Below are positions 56,076 to 62,289 of a DNA stretch of 62,289 nt, piece after piece. Numbering within the stretch: the stretch's first letter is position 1; the number at the start of each line of letters is the position of its first letter. The notes beneath the pieces were generated by a model. That model did no database searches, was not told the origin of the DNA, and worked only from the letters and a program-made list of their open reading frames with translations. Made by a program: the position numbers and the translations under genes. This DNA comes from a virus (Duplodnaviria; Caudoviricetes), in IMG/VR virus record IMGVR_UViG_3300046009_002641, positions 1-62,289 of that record; one strand, given 5' to 3'.

Positions 56076-56602
56076 TGTTGATCGCTGAAAGTAAATTCTC
56101 CCCGTCACCGGAGCAGGAAGGATTCTTTGATCTTGTCCGGGGAGATAGCTTTCCTTGGTATTCTCTTCGAACATTAGACGATAATCATTCCCCATATCAA
56201 TTTTGTCATGCTTTGATGAAACGCTCCTTGTCAGGTGAGCCGGAAGAAGGTATAGTCAATTCAGGATATTACGAATATTCCAAGAACCTTTTTCTGGATG
56301 TTTGCGCTTCCGTTGGCATGGAAGTCAGCGACATTTATCGAATAGCTTTTAACAATACCTCCTATTCACCCCAGAAATGGGTAGATCCCCATAAGGATCA
56401 TGAGTTCGATCACAAGGTATTGATTTTGTATATAAACGACTTTGACAAGGGCCAGACATTCTTAATGGATGAGGACAAGAACGTGGTCCATATCATAGAG
56501 CCTGAGAAGTATAAGGTGGTTGTTTTCGACAACTGTTATCACACGCATACCTTCTGTTTGCCTGATCAGCTTCGTATTGTTCTGGTAGCCACGTTTAACT
56601 AG
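56075..56602 (+). CDS. 2OG-Fe(II) oxygenase
   Basis: PHKDH (HxD), ILYIN...G.T, V.FD..YH, RIVL..TF; AT-richer. Confidence 0.8.
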   Translation: MLIAESKFSPSPEQEGFFDLVRGDSFPWYSLRTLDDNHSPYQFCHALMKRSLSGEPEEGIVNSGYYEYSKNLFLDVCASVGMEVSDIYRIAFNNTSYSPQKWVDPHKDHEFDHKVLILYINDFDKGQTFLMDEDKNVVHIIEPEKYKVVVFDNCYHTHTFCLPDQLRIVLVATFN

Positions 56603-56619
56603 AACTTAGGGATAGGGAA

Positions 56620-56883
56620 ATGTCCGACATCAAGAGCATTCTGATTGAGCGGGGAAAGACCCACGGCGACTACGCCCGCCATGCTGGAACAACCCAGTGC
56701 CTGAAATCTGTCATGCGCCACACCCAAAACTGGGGTGAGCTTGGCCCATCCCAAACGGAAGCCCTTGAGATGATCGCCCACAAGATTGGTCGCATCTTGA
56801 ATGGTGATCCCGATCATGAGGATCACTGGGACGATATAGCCGGATACGCCACACTGGTCGCTGATCAGCTTAGGAAGCGGTAA
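56620..56883 (+). CDS. DUF6378-like protein
   Basis: ERG.THGDY...KIGRILNGDP.H.DHWDDIAGYA.LV. Confidence 0.75.
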   Translation: MSDIKSILIERGKTHGDYARHAGTTQCLKSVMRHTQNWGELGPSQTEALEMIAHKIGRILNGDPDHEDHWDDIAGYATLVADQLRKR

Positions 56884-56945
56884 CTGAATAGCTAAAGCTT
56901 AACCGCAATCGTTGACAAAAGATCAAAATGGTATTTGGATACCTC

Positions 56946-57320
56946 ATGCCTAAAGGTAAGACCAACAATCCAAAGGGCCGAACAGTCGGCATTCCAAATC
57001 CTACAACCCGTGTTGGGTATGTGGGTGTCATGGATGTCCGCATGCTTGCTAAGGCATGGACAACTGATTCCATTGAGACCCTAGCTGAGATAATGAAGGA
57101 CAAGGCCGCTCCCCCGGCTAGTCGGGTTGCTGCTTCCGTGGCGCTTCTTGATCGTGGCTGGGGCAAGCCTGCCCAGACTGTCGATACGACCGTCCATAAC
57201 AAGTTTGATGATAGGTCGGACGATGAACTTAGACGCCTTATCACGGGAACAGTTATTAGCACTGGCCCCAATCGCGGCAGAATTGAACTTGAGGGAGAGT
57301 CGGAGGAATTGTCAGAGTGA
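56946..57320 (+). CDS. terS: Terminase small subunit
   Basis: MPKG...NPKGR; R.AA...LLDRGWGKP.Q; directly upstream of TerL. Confidence 0.75.
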   Translation: MPKGKTNNPKGRTVGIPNPTTRVGYVGVMDVRMLAKAWTTDSIETLAEIMKDKAAPPASRVAASVALLDRGWGKPAQTVDTTVHNKFDDRSDDELRRLITGTVISTGPNRGRIELEGESEELSE

Positions 57321-58932
57321 TCTGGCTACCTTCGTCCATGAAGCTTGGAAAGTCGTAGAGCCGGGAAACCCCCTGATCTGGGGATGGCACATGCAGGCCA
57401 TCTGCGATCATTTGGAGGCTGTGGCCAATGGGGAGATCAACCGGCTCCTGATTAACGTCCCGCCGGGCTTTTCCAAGTCGCTCCTGACGTCTGTGTTCTT
57501 TCCTAGCTTCGTTTGGGCCAATGATCCGCATATGCGGTTCCTGTGCGCCTCGCATAGCCAGAACCTTGCTATACGCGATTCGACCAAGATGCGCCGGCTG
57601 ATCCAGTCTGAATGGTATCAGACCCGATGGGGCAAAGAGGTCGTCCTGACGGGGGACCAGAACGCCAAGACCAAGTTCGAAAACACAAAGGCAGGGTTTC
57701 GTGAGGCAGTTGCCGCTGGAAGCATTACGGGTAGCCGTGGCGATATTGTCATTATCGACGATCCTCACTCTGTTGAGTCTGCGTCGTCTGAGGCGATGCG
57801 GGCGACGACTTCGGAATGGTTCCTTGAGGCGGTTCCTACCCGTCTGAACAACCCCGCCGAATCAGCCATCATCGTGATTATGCAGAGGCTGCATGAGGAG
57901 GATGTCTCCGGGATCATCCTAGACAAGCAGCTTGGCTATGAGCATCTGATGCTGCCCATGCGGTTTGAGCCTGACCGCAAGTGCTACACGTCTATCGGGT
58001 TCGAAGATCCCCGTGAGGAGGAGGGTGAGCTTCTGTTCCCTGAGCGCTTCCCGGCTGAGGTCGTAGAGCGTGATGAGCGGGTCATGGGGCCGTATGCGAC
58101 GGCTGGCCAGTTCCAGCAGCGACCGACTGTCAGGGGCGGCGCTATCATCCGCAGGCAGGACTGGATGCTCTGGGATGAGGCTGAGGCAAAGGCCCATGGC
58201 ATCAAGGACGGATCGTCCTACCCGCCGATGGACACGATCATCGCCAGCTTGGATACGGCCTACACTGAGAAGCAAGAGAACGACGCCAGCTATCTGACGA
58301 TCTGGGGCGTCTGGCAGCGCTCAGCCGCCGTTGCTCTGGCCCACACAAGCCGGGAAGGCAGTCGCCTTGAGCATCTTGAAGAACGTGACACGATCCCCGC
58401 CGTCATGCTCATGTATGCCAAGGAGATGCGCCTTGCGATTCATGGCGAAGATCTTGAGCGTGAGCCGGGTGAGACAGACAGCGCCTTCCTGATTCGCCAG
58501 CGTAACGCATGGGGCCTGTGCGAGTGGGTGACTCACCATTGCAACCAGTTCAAGGTCGATAAGCTTCTGATCGAAGCTAAGGCAAACGGCATCACAGTGG
58601 GGCAGGAACTGAAGCGCCTGAACCGGGTGAACCGCTGGAGCGTGGAACTGGTCAATCCGGGAGCGCTGGACAAGGTCGCCCGCGCCTATGGCGTCCAATC
58701 GACATTCACCAACGGTCAGGTGTATGCTCCGGATCGGGATTGGGCGGAGAAAGTGATTGCCCAAGCGGAGGCGTTTCCGAAGGGCAAGCATGACGATGCG
58801 GTCGATTCCACGACACAAGCGTTACGCTATTTACGCGAGCGTGGCCTGCTTGATCGTCAGGAAGATATTGCTGCCCGCGCTGCTTGGGAGGCGGGGCAAC
58901 CGATCAAGAAGAAGATAATCTATGACGTCTGA
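57223..58932 (+). CDS. terL: Terminase large subunit
   Basis: INVPPGFSKS (Walker A), IIDDPH (Walker B), IMQRLHEED, GQFQQRP, LDTA, IEAKANG, FPKGKHDDAVDS. Confidence 0.95.
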   Translation: MNLDALSREQLLALAPIAAELNLRESRRNCQSDLATFVHEAWKVVEPGNPLIWGWHMQAICDHLEAVANGEINRLLINVPPGFSKSLLTSVFFPSFVWANDPHMRFLCASHSQNLAIRDSTKMRRLIQSEWYQTRWGKEVVLTGDQNAKTKFENTKAGFREAVAAGSITGSRGDIVIIDDPHSVESASSEAMRATTSEWFLEAVPTRLNNPAESAIIVIMQRLHEEDVSGIILDKQLGYEHLMLPMRFEPDRKCYTSIGFEDPREEEGELLFPERFPAEVVERDERVMGPYATAGQFQQRPTVRGGAIIRRQDWMLWDEAEAKAHGIKDGSSYPPMDTIIASLDTAYTEKQENDASYLTIWGVWQRSAAVALAHTSREGSRLEHLEERDTIPAVMLMYAKEMRLAIHGEDLEREPGETDSAFLIRQRNAWGLCEWVTHHCNQFKVDKLLIEAKANGITVGQELKRLNRVNRWSVELVNPGALDKVARAYGVQSTFTNGQVYAPDRDWAEKVIAQAEAFPKGKHDDAVDSTTQALRYLRERGLLDRQEDIAARAAWEAGQPIKKKIIYDV

Positions 58933-59167
58933 GACTGGAGTTCCCGACTTCCCCGCCCTTGTCGAACTGGCCAGCAGGCTGAAAGGCAAGGATCGCAAGA
59001 CATGCGAACTGGCGCTCTACACGTTGAAGAAGCAGGATAAGCGGCTGGCTAAGCGTGACGCCCGGATTGCTGAGCTTGAGGCTTTCCGCCGGGATGCCTT
59101 CAAGGAAGTGGCCGAACTGGCCAGAGAATGTGGTGGGCTCAGGGCGCAATTGCCCCACCCGAAATGA
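58922..59167 (+). CDS. Coiled-coil hypothetical protein
   Basis: Contains ARIAELEA like the 55-kb cassettes. Confidence 0.55.
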   Translation: MTSETGVPDFPALVELASRLKGKDRKTCELALYTLKKQDKRLAKRDARIAELEAFRRDAFKEVAELARECGGLRAQLPHPK

Positions 59168-59192
59168 CCCAAACGGATAGGGAAAGTATGGG

Positions 59193-59429
59193 ATGAAGAA
59201 GCGCGGCGGGATCTATCACTACGTCAATGACGTAGACGCGGCCCAGTGGGAGGCCCATGGCTGGGTTCGTGCTGAGGACTTCCTTATGCCGAAGCGGGCG
59301 GATCATGCGGTCTATCGCTGGGCTGGCCCCGGACCTGTGTCGATCCCTTATCTGGACGCTGAGCGAAATAAGCAGCTTGAGAATCTGGATTGCATCTGGC
59401 CTGATCCGGTTGGCGGCGACGGCGAATAG
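59193..59429 (+). CDS. Hypothetical protein
   Basis: GGATAGGGA upstream; YHYV....W...GW motif. Confidence 0.55.
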   Translation: MKKRGGIYHYVNDVDAAQWEAHGWVRAEDFLMPKRADHAVYRWAGPGPVSIPYLDAERNKQLENLDCIWPDPVGGDGE

Positions 59430-59508
59430 ATTGCTAATTTCCCAGAAATCAATTAAAAAAATATACATCCCATACTTTGTCCGCGCCCCGGAGGCTGCCT
59501 TGTTTACA

Positions 59509-59718
59509 ATGGCTGAAGCTGAAGCCAAGCATGAGCAGTTGAAGCAGGAGATGCGCCGCATCCGCAGGGCCATCCGGACGAATGAGGATATTGAGGGGCT
59601 GGAAGAAGCTTTGAGAACTGTCAGGGCTCAGGCGACTGCCTTGGCCAAGGCTCTTGAACGCCAGCGGGAACTAACGGCTTACCTGATGATGTGCGATTGC
59701 TTCGGTGGCCCGCAATGA
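59509..59718 (+). CDS. Coiled-coil hypothetical protein
   Basis: GGAGG upstream; ATGA-coupled to next gene. Confidence 0.55.
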   Translation: MAEAEAKHEQLKQEMRRIRRAIRTNEDIEGLEEALRTVRAQATALAKALERQRELTAYLMMCDCFGGPQ

Positions 59719-59918
59719 GCAGACCGACGCCTCTCAACCCGATGACTCCTCCGCCCGCAGAGGGACAGGTTATCTGGCTGACTGTCCGACTTAGTCCCGG
59801 CCCCATAAATCTTTATCGCGTTCAGTCGATCTATCAGGATGGCAGTTATTACGCTGTTCAGGATATGAGCGCTGGACCTATCCCCGGCGCATATGTCGGC
59901 TGGCTGCCTAGCACTTAG
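59715..59918 (+). CDS. Hypothetical protein
   Basis: Coupled; precedes portal. Confidence 0.55.
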   Translation: MSRPTPLNPMTPPPAEGQVIWLTVRLSPGPINLYRVQSIYQDGSYYAVQDMSAGPIPGAYVGWLPST

Positions 59919-59926
59919 GATTCTCC

Positions 59927-62152
59927 ATGGAACATTATAATCTTCGTCAGTCCGGTCCCGGCCAAGCGTCGTTGCCGGATGAGGAAACCGTTAACCTTGG
60001 CGGTCTTGAGGAAGCGGTCAAAGACGCCAGCATTCTTCAGGTTGAACTGTCTGACGGTTCGGTGAGCATTAACTTTGCGCCTCATGTCAAAGCTGGTGCG
60101 GGCGACGATACGGACCATGATGAGAACCTTGCCCTGCATGTCGATAGCGGCGAGCTTGCTAATGTGGCCGACAATCTGCTGCGCCATATCCGCGAGGACA
60201 TCACCCGACAGGAACAGCGCCTTCAGGACGTTGTGAAGGGCATAGATCTACTGGGCATTAAGCTGGAGGAACCGCGTGGCGAACCGAACGATGAGGGCAT
60301 ATCGGTTGTGCGTCATCCCTTACTCCTTGAAGCCGTCCTGCGGTTCCAAGCGAACGCGCGTGGTGAAATGCTTCCGGCTGACGGACCTGTCAAAGTTGCG
60401 AATGATGGGGATCAGACGGTTGAGCTAGACGCCGTCGCCAATGCTCTTGAGCAGGACATGAACCACTATCTGACGGTGGGCGCTCCTGAGTATTACCCTG
60501 ACACGGATCGTATGTTCTTCACGCTTGGCCATGGCGGCGAGGCGTATAAGAAGGTTTATTTCCATCCGATCAAGCGTCGTCCTGTCTCTGAGACGGTGGA
60601 CCGCAAGGATCTGATTCTTTCCGATGGCGCGGTGAGCCTTGAGGCTTGTAGCCGTGTCACGCATCGCTCCAAAATGCGCCCGTCAGAGATCAAGCGTATG
60701 CAGCTTGCTGGCGTCTGGCGTGAAGCCCCGCTTGGACCACCGGCCATGTCTACGATGGCGACCAACACGGTTGATGTGGCGCTTCAGAATATCTCTGGCT
60801 TTGATCCCAAATCGACGGTTGAGCCCGAAGAAGTCGATAGAGAGATTTACGAATGTTATTGCGAGATTGACCTACGCGGTTATGAGCACAGTGAGGACGG
60901 CGAGGCTACTGGTCTTGCGTTGCCCTACCGTGTGACGATTGACAAGGATTCTAAGCAGATCCTTGAGATCCGCCGCTGGTGGGAGGAAGGCGATGATACC
61001 TACACCCGCAAAGAAGTTTTCGTGGAATACGTTTTTGTCCCAGCATTTCCCGGTGTTAACTTGGGTCTGCTGCATATCTTGGGAAATGCCACTCGCGCTC
61101 TTACTGCTGCTTGGCGTATTGCTCTGGACAATGGAATGCTGGCTAACTTCCCCGGCGGCATCATGGCGCGCAGCACCGGTAAGCAGCAGACGACGTCCAT
61201 CCGGGTTGGACCCGGACAGGTAGCGCCGATGGATGCTGATGGCGTTCCGCTCAAGGAAGCCTTCATGCCGCTGCCTTACCGCGATGTGACAGGCGGCTTT
61301 GTCCAGATCATCCAGAACGTAGAGCAGACATCTCAGAGGCTGGGCGGCACTGCTGAAACGGCTGTTGGCGAAGGCCGTAGCGATGCTCCGGTTGGCACCA
61401 CGATTGCCCTGATTGATCAAGCGACGAAGGTTCTGAGCGCGGTCCATAAGCGGATGCACACTGCCCAGCAGAAAGAGTTCGCTCTGCTGAAGGATCTGTT
61501 CAAGAAAGACCCGGAAGCTTTGTGGCGTTCAAACCGAAACCCGGCTTTTGAGCGTGATGTTGCCCGTCTTGAGGAAGCTCTGGCGAACAAGGACATTGTC
61601 CCCAAGGCCGATCCGAACACGGCTAGCCAGACGCTGCGTATCCAGAAGGCCATCGCCATTTACCAGATGGCTAAAGAAAATCCGGCGATGTTTAACCAGA
61701 AAGAGGTTTACACCCGGATCATGGGCATGGTCGGCATTGAAGATGCTGAGAGCCTGTTCAACAACTCTCCCGGCGGCCCGCCGCCGATTGACCCGATCAA
61801 GCAGATGGAAGCCAACGCCAAGCTTGCCGGTGTGCAGGCCAAGGTCGCTGAGATGTCCAGCCGCCAGCAGATCGCCGCTAGCCAAGAGCAGACCAAGATC
61901 GCCATGGCCCAAGCCAAGATGGCTGAGACGAAGGTGCGTGAAAAGGAGGTCGCTATCGATGCGGCTAATCACGCTGCGGATCGTCGGTCGAAGGAAGCTC
62001 TGGCTCAAGCAGATTTGCAGCAGTCCATGCTGGTTCACTCCGACAAGCTTCTGAAGGATCGTGCATCCATGCAGGCTGATGATGAGTATCGTCGTCAAGA
62101 AGCTGAGTTCAAGCGCCAACAGGCGATGCAGAAACCCCCGTTTGAGAGCTAA
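59927..62152 (+). CDS. Portal protein
   Basis: HPLLLEAVLRFQA.A..E..PA.GPVK, KKVY, PY.VTID, DNG.LAN.PGG, PVGTTIAL, SAVHKRMH; coiled-coil tail. Confidence 0.92.
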   Translation: MEHYNLRQSGPGQASLPDEETVNLGGLEEAVKDASILQVELSDGSVSINFAPHVKAGAGDDTDHDENLALHVDSGELANVADNLLRHIREDITRQEQRLQDVVKGIDLLGIKLEEPRGEPNDEGISVVRHPLLLEAVLRFQANARGEMLPADGPVKVANDGDQTVELDAVANALEQDMNHYLTVGAPEYYPDTDRMFFTLGHGGEAYKKVYFHPIKRRPVSETVDRKDLILSDGAVSLEACSRVTHRSKMRPSEIKRMQLAGVWREAPLGPPAMSTMATNTVDVALQNISGFDPKSTVEPEEVDREIYECYCEIDLRGYEHSEDGEATGLALPYRVTIDKDSKQILEIRRWWEEGDDTYTRKEVFVEYVFVPAFPGVNLGLLHILGNATRALTAAWRIALDNGMLANFPGGIMARSTGKQQTTSIRVGPGQVAPMDADGVPLKEAFMPLPYRDVTGGFVQIIQNVEQTSQRLGGTAETAVGEGRSDAPVGTTIALIDQATKVLSAVHKRMHTAQQKEFALLKDLFKKDPEALWRSNRNPAFERDVARLEEALANKDIVPKADPNTASQTLRIQKAIAIYQMAKENPAMFNQKEVYTRIMGMVGIEDAESLFNNSPGGPPPIDPIKQMEANAKLAGVQAKVAEMSSRQQIAASQEQTKIAMAQAKMAETKVREKEVAIDAANHAADRRSKEALAQADLQQSMLVHSDKLLKDRASMQADDEYRRQEAEFKRQQAMQKPPFES

Positions 62153-62158
62153 GACAAA

Positions 62159-62285
62159 TGGCTAAGACCCCAGCTTGGCAGCGCGCCGAAGGCAAGAATC
62201 CAAAAGGCGGGCTGAATGAGAAGGGGCGCGCGTCATTGCGGGCTGAGGGGCATGACATCAAGCGTCCCCAGCCGGAAGGTGGCTC
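62159..62285 (+). repeat. Terminal direct repeat, copy 2 (carries the 5' end of the giant ORF, ATG at 62158)
   Basis: Identical to 1-127; ATG 62158-62160 is in frame with ORF 78..6011 across the junction. Confidence 0.95.
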
Positions 62286-62289
62286 TCTC

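Noticed and set aside
41251-57000. Lysogeny module (integrase, CI repressor, partitioning genes)
   Set aside because: No recombinase, S24-repressor or ParA motifs recognised by eye; lifestyle unresolved.
62159-62289. 127-bp terminal repeat as a biological direct terminal repeat
   Set aside because: It starts inside a start codon and its length equals a common assembler k-mer (127), so it is best read as circular-contig overlap; the last 4 nt do not match.

Overview
The window is an essentially complete, circularly assembled (~62.16 kb) tailed dsDNA phage genome with podovirus-like organisation. Its likely host is an alphaproteobacterium (GcrA-like and DnaA-domain-IV proteins, a Rhizobiales-type ClpP-fold protein). 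Bases 1-127 repeat at 62159-62285, so the giant first ORF really starts at ATG 62158, just after the portal gene. Late arm (+ strand): terminase, portal, giant modular protein, GroES, scaffold, capsid genes, adaptor, tail-fibre/receptor-binding array with an HNH endonuclease, glycosyltransferase, nozzle, ejection proteins, lysis cassette. Early region (41-57 kb): methyltransferase, ERF/exonuclease/SSB recombination module, Cro-like HTH, VRR-NUC, GcrA, DnaA-C, SF2 helicase, many small ORFs. No integrase, DNA/RNA polymerase, primase, tRNA or CRISPR was recognised. Most interesting signals: (1) a recurring xxxGG motif (~28 copies in 7 virion-region proteins) at domain boundaries of two giant mosaic proteins, suggesting polyprotein processing or a capsid-loading signal, with candidate proteases nearby; (2) a divergent small-RNA locus (52913-53123) whose single-stranded segments are complementary to the extended ribosome-binding sites of many of the phage's own early genes; (3) a 19-bp palindromic operator at six early promoters, including that sRNA locus; (4) two highly structured non-coding regions (capsid-operon leader, 49940-50300). 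All family calls are by eye from motifs and synteny; no database searches were run.
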